Assembly: GCA_963719515.1 (NCBI GenBank)
Contig: CAVRCJ010000003.1
Span: 160,001 to 224,000 of the forward strand
Reading direction: 5' to 3'
Length of the DNA stretch: 64,000 bases
DNA from: an uncultured cyanobacterium
GTDB lineage: Bacteria > Cyanobacteriota > Cyanobacteriia > CAKZMO01
Part shown: in pieces, positions 19,293-30,237 of the stretch
Layout: every line of letters begins with the position of its first letter
Numbering within the stretch: position 1 is the stretch's first letter
Program-made: the position numbers and the translations under genes
Notes under the pieces: model-generated
What the model saw: the letters and a program-made list of their open reading frames with translations, nothing else
Database searches by the model: none
Told to the model about the DNA's origin: nothing

Positions 19293-20357
19293 TTATGGAG
19301 TCGCCTGCGGGTTGGCGTTCTGCGGGTCAGCGTTCTGCCGGGCCGTGGTGCTTTGGCCGGCTACTGCCGTCTGCCACGCCAGCTTAGCGGCTCCCACCAT
19401 CCCCGCTCGGTTGCCGAGCTGAGCGACCAGCAGCTGCACATCAGCGCGGGAGCTGGGCAAAACCCGCTGCTTTAGCTCTGACCACACAGACGGTAAAAAG
19501 AATTCAGCGCTGGCGCTGATGCCCCCGCCGATGATAATGGCTTCGGGCGTCAGCACATAGATGAGGCTAGCTAGACCTACGCCCAGGTGTTTGCCGTAAC
19601 CCTGCCAAAAGGCGATCGCCTCTGGGTTTCCCTCACTAGCCCACTGACCGAGTTCGGCTGGGCTATGGCCGGTACGCCGATGGATGGCCTGCACCGAGAG
19701 ATGCTGCTCTAGAGAGCCGCTGTTACCGCTGTTGCAGGGCGGCCCCTGGGGATCAATCGTAATCAGCCCCAGCTCTCCCGCCGCCCCGTGGGGGCCAAGG
19801 AATAGCTGTCGATTTAGAACAATAGCTCCCCCTACACCCGTACCGAGGGTCAGCATGATCAGGTTTTCGAAGGGACGCCCTGCCCCTAGCCAGGCCTCCC
19901 CCAGTCCGGCGCAATTGGCATCGTTGGCGAGCACCGTAGGGCAGCTGGTGGCCGCCTCAATCCAGTCTGCAAGGGGAACATTACTCCAGCCTGCCAGATT
20001 AATTGCCACCCGCGCCACGCGTCTCGTCTGGTCTACAGGGCCAGGGGTGCCAACACCAATGGCGGCGATCGCGTAGCGAGCCTGTAGTCCTCTAATGAGC
20101 TCCGAAAGCTTGTCGAGGACGGTGCGGGGTTCTGAGGGCTGAGGCGTGGCGCAGGAGAGCGCCTTTAGGCAATGTCCGTCCTCTCGAAAGCAGCCCAGTT
20201 TGATAGCTGTACCGCCCAAATCTACCCCAATGACGGCTCGAGGTTTGCCGGAGTGTTTGCCCCGGGGGTCTTCATCGTATCGAATTTCACCGTATTGGCC
20301 TTCACGGTGTTGGCTTTCGCTGTGCTGACCCCCATGCGCTGGAGAGACTGAACTCAT
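19293..20357 (-). CDS. ROK family sugar kinase
   Basis: GVDLGGT, NDANCA, LTLGTGVGG, GELG...CNSGNSGSLE; start uncertain. Confidence 0.9.
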   Translation of the reverse strand: MSSVSPAHGGQHSESQHREGQYGEIRYDEDPRGKHSGKPRAVIGVDLGGTAIKLGCFREDGHCLKALSCATPQPSEPRTVLDKLSELIRGLQARYAIAAIGVGTPGPVDQTRRVARVAINLAGWSNVPLADWIEAATSCPTVLANDANCAGLGEAWLGAGRPFENLIMLTLGTGVGGAIVLNRQLFLGPHGAAGELGLITIDPQGPPCNSGNSGSLEQHLSVQAIHRRTGHSPAELGQWASEGNPEAIAFWQGYGKHLGVGLASLIYVLTPEAIIIGGGISASAEFFLPSVWSELKQRVLPSSRADVQLLVAQLGNRAGMVGAAKLAWQTAVAGQSTTARQNADPQNANPQATP

Positions 20358-20487
20358 ACCACCTGGTCGCGTAACGTCCGCCCTTCAGTGTCGCATTTTT
20401 TTAGCCCCTTATTGTAGATGGCCTGCGCCCGGGCCCTGAGCGCGAGCCTTAGGCGCAGGCTGCAACCTACTCTAAGACTAGCGGCCA

Positions 20488-21126
20488 TTAAGCTTCTGGC
20501 AGCGGGATAGGACTCACCTTCGCCCGGTGCAGCAGAGTATCAGCTTGGCGATAGCCGACGTATCGCACCCGCACCGGCTCCCCTAGCTGTGCCTGTCCCG
20601 CCATCAGCTGATGTACCCGAGGGTCATAGGGCACCTCCTGCCCGACGTCGCCAATGGCCACAACACCCCACGACTGAATTAACGCTATGACCGGGGCGAC
20701 CAGGGGAACGACCCGAGACGCGGGGATGTCCTCGCCGGTTTGAGCCGCATTTTGAATGGCGTACAGCGCCGTGGGCCACTGCAGCAGCCAGGACTCCAGC
20801 ACCTGTAGGCTCAGCCGCTGAAACTGCTGTGGCGATCGCGCCTCCGGCGGTTGAGGCTGGGGGGCAAGGGATTGGGGCGCTGTCGGCTCCACCGCATTTT
20901 TTTCTTGCCCATCGACCCTGGTCGAAAACTGCTGAATCAGTTCCGTCAGCGACAGGTCGAGGGCCCGGCTCAGCTTGAGGAGCGTGTCTAGTCGCATTTG
21001 CGGGAGCTGACCGTTCCGCAGCCGCCTCACTGAGCCCGGAGACACTTGAGCCGCCGCGCAGAGCGCTTTCAAGCTTACGAGCCCAGTCTGCTGCATTTGC
21101 CGCCGGAGTTGGTCACTATAGTCCAT
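20488..21126 (-). CDS. Xre-type HTH protein with a GrpE-like C-terminal domain
   Basis: N-terminal HTH (LCAAAQVSPGSVRRLRNG...LLKLSRAL); C-terminal YDPRVHQ...VRVRYVGY...LHRAKV. Confidence 0.7.
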   Translation of the reverse strand: MDYSDQLRRQMQQTGLVSLKALCAAAQVSPGSVRRLRNGQLPQMRLDTLLKLSRALDLSLTELIQQFSTRVDGQEKNAVEPTAPQSLAPQPQPPEARSPQQFQRLSLQVLESWLLQWPTALYAIQNAAQTGEDIPASRVVPLVAPVIALIQSWGVVAIGDVGQEVPYDPRVHQLMAGQAQLGEPVRVRYVGYRQADTLLHRAKVSPIPLPEA

Positions 21127-21472
21127 CTATCGCACCCTTCCTCAGAAAACAGTTCGGATTATCCGCTACTCCGGCGAAGATCTGAGCGAGCTGAGGAGGA
21201 TTCACAAGACCGTCGCTAGTCATAAGGGGGGCAGAGGTCATAAGGGTGACATCTACAGAAGGAAATAAATATATCGGTTAAAACGGAGGGAGTTGGGCTA
21301 GCATTTAAACACTGGTCTGACCCTGATCACCTAAAACCAATGGGTCAAGATGATGGTCTAGCCCAGGGTATCAATGGCCATCTCCCTTATACGGTCTATC
21401 CTCCATCTACAGCTCACGACTAGATCGATCCATCGCTCAAAGCGATCGCTGGAACCTTAATCAATTTTTGTT

Positions 21473-23326
21473 ATGGTACTGCAAAACTGCTTGCGCCTTC
21501 GCCGCTCGCTCGGATGCCTCACCGCTGTCGCTATTGGCGCGATGGCTCCTTTCTCTGCAGCGGCGCAGAGCACCTCCGAGCCCGCTAACGCTACCCCTGA
21601 GCCTCAGCTGCTGGCTGAGCCAATCATCGATGTGGGCGTTATTCAGCGGTTTGGGGAAGATAATGCAGACCAGCTGACTATCGAGCCGATGGCGGGCGAT
21701 CGCCTCACGGTGACCTTTACGGTCGGCGATCAGTCCCAGACGGTGACTACTGACGAAGCGGTGGTCAAAATCACTCGTCAGCCTCTGCCTGAGCCTGTCC
21801 TAGATGAGCGCATTGTTCTGAGTAGCCATCGGAGTTTTGAGAGCGCTGAGGATAGCGCACGCTACTGGAGAGAGCAGGGCCTTGAGGTAGAGCTGGCCCA
21901 GCCTGAAAAGTGGCAAGTATGGGCCAAACGCGAGGTCTACAGGACGCCGCTGATGCGCCGCTTGGCCCTGCATAACGCCCAGGCTCAGGGGGCCAAGACA
22001 GCGTTTCTCGATACTAAAATTCGCCGCGATCTGCCCCAAACCACTTTCATTATTGACGGCTATAGCTACAGCCGCGACTTCGCCAAGATCGAAACGCAGC
22101 GGGGTCAGATGCAGATCGACCAGCTCAACGACAACACTGAATCCCGGCGCTATGGCGGGAACGTCACGCTGCAGCCCAACGCCTACGGCACCTACACCGT
22201 TGTTACTCACGTTCCTATTGAGACCTATCTGCGGGGTGTTGTTCCCCATGAGATTGGCCCCTCAGCCCCAACTGCAGCCATCGAAGCCCAAGCTGTTTTA
22301 GCGCGCACCTACGCCCTGCGGAATTTACGGCGCTTTGAAATCGACGACTACGAGCTGTGCGCCGATACCCAGTGCCAGGTCTATTTTGGGCTCAATGAGA
22401 CCAGCGAAGTCAGCGATCGCGCCATCGAGGCAACTCGGGGTCAGGTGCTCACCTACCAAAACCAGCTGGTTGACGCTCTCTACTCCTCTACTACCGGGGG
22501 AGTGACGGCTCCCTTTAGCGACGTTTGGAATGGCGACAACCGTCCCTACCTACGAGCGGTGGTTGATTCAGTCTACGGTCTATGGGACATTTCGCAACAC
22601 AGCCTGGCCAGTGAAGAGAACTTCCGTCGCTTCATGTCGATGTCAGAAGGCTTCAACGAAGCCGGGTGGGAGCGGTTCCGCTGGCGTAGAGAAGAAAAGC
22701 TGCCTAAAATCGCGGCCGATATGCAGGCTTACCTGGCGGCAATTCAGCACCCTTCCGCAGGGTTCTCTGAGCTGATTGAGCTGAAGATTACTGAACGGGC
22801 TGATTCTGGCCGCATTCAGGTGCTAGAGGTGGTCACCGACAAAGGGACCGTCAAGCTAAAGAAAGACGAAATCATTCGGGCGCTCTACCCGCCTATCAGC
22901 ACGCTGTTTTATCTGGAGCCTCTGTACGAAAAGCCGATGGCGCCGCCTTCACCTGAGCAACCTGCAGCGCCCGCAGCGTCTTCGCCCGAGTCGACACAGG
23001 CCGCCAAGGCAACGACAGCCTCGAAGGCGCTTCCACCCGGCACGTCTCCAGCGGCGTCAGAGGCCGATCCTACAGCTAACAAGGTGGAGGCCGATATCCC
23101 GTTCCCGTCGTCTGCCCCCGTTGCTCAAATTCCGACTGAGACCGTTCTGGCGGGCTATGCCTTTGTGGGTGGAGGCTTTGGCCATGGCGTCGGCATGAGC
23201 CAAACTGGAGCCTACAAGTTGGGAGAGCTAGGGTGGACGAGCGATCGCATTCTTAGCTTTTACTATCCTGGCAGCGTTCTGCAGCCGCTGCATGACCGGC
23301 TCGTCTTCTGGCGCGCGTCTCAATAA
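21473..23326 (+). CDS. SpoIID/LytB domain protein
   Basis: Signal peptide, ETYLRGVVPHE, AQAVLARTYA, CADTQCQVY, GGGFGHGVGMSQTGA. Confidence 0.92.
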   Translation: MVLQNCLRLRRSLGCLTAVAIGAMAPFSAAAQSTSEPANATPEPQLLAEPIIDVGVIQRFGEDNADQLTIEPMAGDRLTVTFTVGDQSQTVTTDEAVVKITRQPLPEPVLDERIVLSSHRSFESAEDSARYWREQGLEVELAQPEKWQVWAKREVYRTPLMRRLALHNAQAQGAKTAFLDTKIRRDLPQTTFIIDGYSYSRDFAKIETQRGQMQIDQLNDNTESRRYGGNVTLQPNAYGTYTVVTHVPIETYLRGVVPHEIGPSAPTAAIEAQAVLARTYALRNLRRFEIDDYELCADTQCQVYFGLNETSEVSDRAIEATRGQVLTYQNQLVDALYSSTTGGVTAPFSDVWNGDNRPYLRAVVDSVYGLWDISQHSLASEENFRRFMSMSEGFNEAGWERFRWRREEKLPKIAADMQAYLAAIQHPSAGFSELIELKITERADSGRIQVLEVVTDKGTVKLKKDEIIRALYPPISTLFYLEPLYEKPMAPPSPEQPAAPAASSPESTQAAKATTASKALPPGTSPAASEADPTANKVEADIPFPSSAPVAQIPTETVLAGYAFVGGGFGHGVGMSQTGAYKLGELGWTSDRILSFYYPGSVLQPLHDRLVFWRASQ

Positions 23327-23327
23327 A

Positions 23328-23368
23328 GAAGAGGGAGAGTAGGATCATCTCTTCCACTCTCCCTCTTT
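23328..23368. terminator. Bidirectional terminator between SpoIID gene and petF
   Basis: AAGAGGGAGAGT...ACTCTCCCTCTT 12-bp stem between convergent stop codons. Confidence 0.7.
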
Positions 23369-23390
23369 CAAGCTGACTATTTAGGCTGAC

Positions 23391-23690
23391 TTAGTACAGC
23401 GCTTCTTCCTGGTGAGTCGTGATTGTGCAATCAGAGGTGGGGTAAGCCACACAGGTCAGAATGTAGCCGGCGGAAATCTGGTCGTCGTCGAGGAACGATT
23501 GGTCAGACTGATCGATAGTTCCAGATTCTAGCTTACCGGCACAGGTCGAGCAAGCGCCTGCACGGCAGGAGAAGGGAAGGTCAATACCTTTTTCTTCAGC
23601 AACATCAAGGATGTACTCGTCATCGGGCACTTCAATCGTGGTATTTAGCCCTTCAGCCTCGCTGACTAGAGTAACTTTATACGTAGGCAT
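23391..23690 (-). CDS. petF: Plant-type [2Fe-2S] ferredoxin
   Basis: MPTYKVTL..., [24 protein letters not shown] before ATG 23690. Confidence 0.96.
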   Translation of the reverse strand: MPTYKVTLVSEAEGLNTTIEVPDDEYILDVAEEKGIDLPFSCRAGACSTCAGKLESGTIDQSDQSFLDDDQISAGYILTCVAYPTSDCTITTHQEEALY

Positions 23691-24063
23691 GAAAATCCTC
23701 TCAAATATCAATTAACACTGCAATGGTCTGAGACAAATTTGAGTTCTGAAGAACACGTGAATGACGCGCGGTGGGCTTATTATACCTACTTCAGAACAGC
23801 TGTCTATATCCGATATTAAATGAAAACTTAAGATAAGCAACGTTAAAAGGTGGAGGATGGCCAACGGGATTTATAATGAGTCGGGCTAATTTAGGCTGAA
23901 ATTACTTATGGCTGGCGTCATACAGCGCAGTTCAAGCGTAAGTGCCTCAATAAATGAGCGTATAGGTAGATGTCGTTTGGGGCTGAACGAGGTGCGAGAC
24001 AGGGACGCCAAGCGATCGCCTACTCTAGATGAGCATAGGCTGGGGCACAAATCTGCTTTGCAA

Positions 24064-24135
24064 AGCCCGTGACGAGGATTGAACTCGTGACCTCACCCTT
24101 ACCAAGGGTGCGCTCTACCACTGAGCTACACGGGC
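24064..24135 (-). tRNA. trnT: tRNA-Thr(GGT)
   Basis: GCCCGTGTAGCTCAGTGGTAGAGCGCACCCTTGGTAAGGGTGAGGTCACGAGTTCAATCCTCGTCACGGGCT cloverleaf. Confidence 0.97.
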
Positions 24136-24210
24136 GGATTTTTGTTGTCAATAAGCGGCGTCATCTGGCTCATGCCGCTGAGTCGCTTTATAAATAGAGG
24201 CTATAAAGTG

Positions 24211-24295
24211 TGGTGGGCCGGGTTGGATTCGAACCAACGTAAGCTTAGCTAGCGGATTTACAGTCCGCCCCCATTAACCACTCGGGCACCGACCC
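24211..24295 (-). tRNA. trnY: tRNA-Tyr(GTA), CCA encoded
   Basis: GGGTCGGTGCCCGAGTGGTTAATGGGGGCGGACTGTAAATCCGCT...GGTTCGAATCCAACCCGGCCCACCA. Confidence 0.97.
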
Positions 24296-24373
24296 ATTTC
24301 ACACGGATTCCTATCGTAACATGGGATTTCCTCAGTTTGACGTTGAGCTGTCAAATTTTTCAGGGCAGCAGGT

Positions 24374-25546
<1,173 letters not shown>

Positions 25547-25632
25547 TCAGGATAGTGAGGTCTTTATCTTACTGGGGAAATCCCTGTCGTGAGAGGCTCT
25601 CTTGAGATAAAAGTGCGGCGATTGCGCGGGCT

Positions 25633-27839
25633 CTACCGCAAATTTAGCTCTCCGGTTTCCTGCAGGGCGTGGAGGCGGTGATAGATGCCGCCGCGATCTA
25701 ACAGCTGCTGGTGCGTTCCCACCTCGGCGATCGCCCCCTGGTCGAGCACCACAATCTTGTCGGCCTCCCGCACCGTGCTCAGGCGGTGGGCGATAATCAA
25801 GGTGGTGCGGGTGCGTGACATCCTCCCGACGCTGACAGCAAGCTGTACAGCGCGGGCTTCCTCAGTGACTCCCAGCTATTGCCGAGACATATCCTGAGAT
25901 AGGTTTATACTCCGCCTGATGCCCCACGGCAGAGTTTTGAATTTTCATCTCCGCGAGGGAGGATACGCACTATGTGTCGCAGATACATTTGCAAACTGAG
26001 GAACGGGTGACTTGCAGCTTTCGCCTACGGGCCCGTCACACTCTTTGCGGGGTGTATCACCTTGCTATCTCTATCATACCAACTGCTAGCCTCAGCGCTG
26101 AGCGCACTATCCGCTGTGCATCATTTTGCGGGCGCACTTCGGCTAGCGCGACTCTCATCCCGACGCACACCCTGACGGGTAGAGCGCGGGGCTTCCTGTC
26201 TAGTAGCTAAAATGCTGCCCATGGCCAGCTGAATCGCCCGCTCGGACTCGTAGTCCAAGCTAGAGGTGGCCTCGTCGAACACCAGCACATCGGGGTTGAC
26301 CAGCAGCGCCCGCGCAATGCCTAGCCGCTGCCGCTGGCCGCCCGACAGCCGCACCCCCCGCTCCCCCACCATGGTGCCGTAGCCCCGGGGCAGGCGGTGG
26401 ATGAAGTCGTCTACCCGGGCCACGCGGCAGGCTTCTTCTACGTCTTCTAAAGAAGCCTCGGGTCGCCCGTAGGTGAGGTTTTCTAGCAAGGTGCCGTTGA
26501 ACACGTCCACCTCCTGATGAACGATGGCCAGCCGTCTGCGGTAGCCCGTGATATCTAGGGTGCGGATATCTTGACCATCGATGCGGATGCCGCCCTGGTT
26601 GGGATTGAAATAGCGAAACAGCAGCTTCACCAGCGTAGACTTCCCCGAACCCGAGCGTCCCACTAGCGCCACGGTCTGGTAGGGCTCAATTAGCAGGTCG
26701 ATGCCTTTGAGGACGGGGCGCTCCTGCGCGTAGCCGAAGGTGAGGCGAGAAAACTCTAGCTTGCCGGTGAACTGGTATTGGGGAACGGCGGCGGGATCGT
26801 TGAGGCTAGCCGCATCCTCGCCCACGGGCTCTGCCATCAATTCGTGAAACCGCAGCATAGAGGCGTAGCGGCGGGCAAACACCTCGACAACCACGCTGAT
26901 GGGCTCTAGCTCCGAGTAGGCCATGCTGGAGATCGTCAGCGTCGTGACGAAATATCCCAGGGAGATCTGATTGTTGAGGGCCGCCACCAGCGTCAGCATC
27001 AAAATAGCAAACACGCAGCTTTGCACAAACGTTCGCTGCCAAGTAAACAGCACCACGTAGCCCCTATGGATACGATAGTTCACCATCTTAAACTCCCGCT
27101 GCAGCCGCTGCTGCTGGTGGGTCAGCTCTCGCTGTTCGGTGGCGAAGGCCTTTACGGTTTTGATATTGGTGACCACTTCGGCCATGCGGCTCTCGGTATT
27201 TTCGATGTGGTGGTCGAGCAGCGTCTCCTTGGTGATCAACCGCCGCAGGTGAGCCACAGTGAACCCCAGAATCAGGGTAAAAGAGACCAAAAACAGCAGG
27301 GCAATGCGCCACTCAATCCACCAAATTACCGCGAAGATACCGGCGATGCGAACGAGTTTGGGCACCAGCTGTCCCGCAACTTCGGGGTAGGTCCAGGTGT
27401 GGTTTGAGAGTCCTTTGGCGACGCGGCCCGCAATCCGCCCGGGATTGTTCTCATCGTAGAACTCCAAGGGCAGCGTCAAAATCTTCTCCATCACCCGCGC
27501 TGCTTGGTCCCGCCGCGATCGCAGGGGAATGTCCCAGTGGAACCAGGTGCTAATCCAGGGCTGTAGGGGGGCGCGCAGGACGGTGACCATAAACGTCAGG
27601 CCAAGCAGCACGATCAGTTCGGCGTTGGGGCTATTCTCGAGGCCCAGGGGAGCCGCGATCGCAACCAGTCCTCGGACTATCGCGTCCGTTGGCTGCTGAG
27701 ACAAGATGTTGAGAATTTGCCCCGTTGCATAGGGTATCAGCAGGTCAATAAGTTCGAAGACGCTGCTGGCTGCTATGCTGGCTATTCCCAAAGGCCAGTA
27801 TGGGCGAAAGTAGCTCAGCATATCTCGAAATGTAGCCAT
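25633..27839 (-). pseudogene. ABC exporter (TMD+NBD) interrupted by a 392-bp insertion
   Basis: GRSGSGKST, LSGGQRQR and FDEATSSLD lie in 26207-27839; the H-loop [11 protein letters not shown] lies in 25633-25814. Deleting 25815-26206 gives in-frame ...[15 protein letters not shown]... Confidence 0.9.
25815..26206 (-). mobile_element. Non-autonomous IS200/IS605-family element (PATE/MITE-like), no transposase
   Basis: Related subterminal imperfect hairpins in direct orientation (GGAAGCCC(C)GCGCT.TAC...GCGTCGGGA) at both ends; right end ...GGATGTCAC; inserted 3' of TTTAG; no target-site duplication or terminal inverted repeats. Confidence 0.85.
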
Positions 27840-28058
27840 GAGCTTTCACCAGAACTGCACCGCCCTATCTGTTTAAACCAAAAAATCAACAACCAAAAAA
27901 TCAACAGCGCTTTCCGCAAACGCTGCTGATTGACAACATTCGTCTAAGTCGAGACGTGGAGCAGCCCTCAGGGAGAACTCCATTTCTCAAAATTGCTTCG
28001 ACCTATCAGCACGCTGCCGTTGTTGTAAACGGCCTATTAGACTGAAGACAGACTCGCG

Positions 28059-28199
28059 CTAGCCGAGCGCATAGGCACCCTGCAGCGCCCAAACGACCAA
28101 AAAGGCAATGCTGCCAAAAATCAGCAGGGCAGCGGCTAGGACGTTGATGGGCGAATCGACGCGGCTCAGATCGGTTGTGCTACGGTTTGGTTCGGCCAT
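28059..28199 (-). CDS. Small 46-aa single-TM protein, not in ORF track
   Basis: MAEPNRSTTDLSRVDSPINVLAAALLIFGSIAFLVVWALQGAYALG; GAGGGA upstream; co-oriented with neighbours. Confidence 0.6.
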   Translation of the reverse strand: MAEPNRSTTDLSRVDSPINVLAAALLIFGSIAFLVVWALQGAYALG

Positions 28200-28308
28200 G
28201 GATAGCTATCCCTCAGACATTAAAGTGCTGTCAACGTGGAGCAACTCCATTCTAGGCGGGCCGCGAAAATTTGGCGACCCGCCTGACCCAATCCCAGTTT
28301 CAAAAGAT

Positions 28309-29961
28309 CTAGCCTTGCCAGACAAAAACCTGAGCCTCGTACTCTCCCAAATCTAAAAGCAGCCCGTCTTCACCAGAGGTGACGTCGTAATCTCTGGTCC
28401 ATTCGTGCCAGTTGCCCGCCTCCGGAAAGCCGGGGACATGATACCCCTTGAGGAAGGACTCAGAGAAGTTGGCCACAACTGCCACCCGAGACCCCTCATC
28501 ATTCCAGCGGACGTAGGCCAGCACCTTGGCCTCTGGATCTTCGTGAAAGAAGTCAACGTTCTCTGTGTAGAGCGCGTGGTTATCGCGCCGCAGCCGGGTC
28601 AGCCCTTTGTAGTACTGCAGCAGGTTTTGGTTCGGGTCATTGCGCAGCAGCTGCCAGTCAATTTTTGAGGGCTCAGGGTCTAGCGGCTGGTAGGACCCGA
28701 ACTCCTCTCCCATCCAGATTAGGGGGACGCCCACCGCCGTCATCAAAATGGCGCTGCCCAGCCGCAGCCGCCGGAAAGCCGCTTCGTCAAAGATATCGCG
28801 GTTGGACAGCTCTACCATGACGCGCTCATGGTCATGGTTGGTCAAATAGTTGACGACATTAGTTGACCCCAAAAAGCCTTGGCGACGGCAGTCGATAACA
28901 GACTTCAGCTCTTCTAGGTTAAAGCTGTCGCCGCAGATGTGGGCTTTGACCGTATGGTAAAAGCTGTCGTGCCAGCAGCTATCCATAGGACCATCGACGT
29001 TGGTGATGGTCGGGGTTTCTGGAATGTGCTCAGCGACATTGAAGAAGGGCTTGGCGCCAGCCGTTTCCTTAGTTTTGTTGACGGCCCAGTGCATGAAGTC
29101 GTAGTTGGCAATCTGGCGAGCGGCGTCGTAGCGAATGCCGTCAATGTGGTATTCCCTGACCCAAAACTCGACGGTGTCGCCGATGAATTTCCAGGCAGGC
29201 TTGACGTCTAGGTTCTCGTCGTAATGCTCGTAGTTAAACTCGGGTCCCCAGTTGTTGTCGGGGTCACGGGGCTCGTGATGATACCAGTAGTCGTGGTCGA
29301 TTTGGGTGAGGGGGGAAGAGGACTCCGAGTGGTTGAAGATGCCGTCCATAATCACGCGGATGCCGCGACCGTGGCACTCGTCGATTAGGCGCTTGAGCTC
29401 TTCAGTGGTGCCGTAGCTAGATTCAGAGGCGAAGAAGTAGCGCGGGTTGTAGCCCCAGCTGTAGTCCCCTGGGTATTCCTTGACCGGCATCAGCTCAATG
29501 GCGTTGATGCCCAGATCCTGCAGGTAGTCCAGCTTTTCCACCACGTGCTTGTACTGGCCGCGCAGGGCTGAGTCGGCCTCTCCCCCCGAGAAGTCATGGA
29601 CGTGGGTTTCGTAGATGACGAGCTCGTGGTCGGCGGGCAGCGGGTTATCGTCGTGCTGCCAGACGTAGGTGTCCGTAATGCGATCGCCGTCCTTGATGCG
29701 CGCAATGCCGTTTTGGCTGGGGTCATCGATATCGGTGAGGTAGGGGTCGTTGACGTCCACCCACTCGTCGGGCTCAAAAAACCAGGACTTCGACTGCACC
29801 CGAAACTTGTACTGGTATTCCCCATCTTCTAGGTCAACGGTGGTCCGAAAGTAGCCGTCTTCCCCTTTCTCCATGGGAACTGTTTCCCAGTCGGAGAAAT
29901 CACCAATCAAAGCTGCACCTAGGTTATACGGCGCAAATAGCTTAAATTCTACCGAAGACAT
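28309..29961 (-). CDS. GH13 alpha-amylase-family enzyme with N-terminal CBM48 (branching-enzyme-like)
   Basis: LGINAIELMP, WGYNP, DGIFNH, DGIRYDA, VAEH, NHDH. Confidence 0.88.
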   Translation of the reverse strand: MSSVEFKLFAPYNLGAALIGDFSDWETVPMEKGEDGYFRTTVDLEDGEYQYKFRVQSKSWFFEPDEWVDVNDPYLTDIDDPSQNGIARIKDGDRITDTYVWQHDDNPLPADHELVIYETHVHDFSGGEADSALRGQYKHVVEKLDYLQDLGINAIELMPVKEYPGDYSWGYNPRYFFASESSYGTTEELKRLIDECHGRGIRVIMDGIFNHSESSSPLTQIDHDYWYHHEPRDPDNNWGPEFNYEHYDENLDVKPAWKFIGDTVEFWVREYHIDGIRYDAARQIANYDFMHWAVNKTKETAGAKPFFNVAEHIPETPTITNVDGPMDSCWHDSFYHTVKAHICGDSFNLEELKSVIDCRRQGFLGSTNVVNYLTNHDHERVMVELSNRDIFDEAAFRRLRLGSAILMTAVGVPLIWMGEEFGSYQPLDPEPSKIDWQLLRNDPNQNLLQYYKGLTRLRRDNHALYTENVDFFHEDPEAKVLAYVRWNDEGSRVAVVANFSESFLKGYHVPGFPEAGNWHEWTRDYDVTSGEDGLLLDLGEYEAQVFVWQG

Positions 29962-30237
29962 AAACTACCTCAGAGCAAATTTAGAGATGAACAAAAGAAC
30001 CAAAGTCGCTGGCGATCGCTTCACCAAAGTACCCGCTGTGCTGACGTCTGCCCGAGCGCCAAGGCTATGCCTAGAAGTAGTTCTGAGCACTTCTTAAATT
30101 ATCCTGAAATTTCGCGAAAGCACACTCCTCCCCCGGGATGGTCGTATCGCACTTTCAAAAATCCCTAGATAGAGGCCCGTACGATCAACAGCCCCGTGAG
30201 GCGATCGCGGCGTCGAGCTTAGCGAAGCGGAGCAGCG

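Noticed and set aside
24000..24300. tRNA-anchored genomic island
   Set aside because: No integrase and no duplicated tRNA 3' end seen; the flanks are core genes
25815..26206. IStron or self-splicing intron explanation for the insertion
   Set aside because: The 5' exon ends in G (not U) and the insert ends in ...TCAC (not G), so group I rules fail; there is no GTGYG start or domain V for group II
27950..27995. Fluoride riboswitch-like start (GAGAAATGGAGTTCTCC, minus strand)
   Set aside because: Lacks the downstream GCTRATGAC element, and no crcB/eriC-type gene follows
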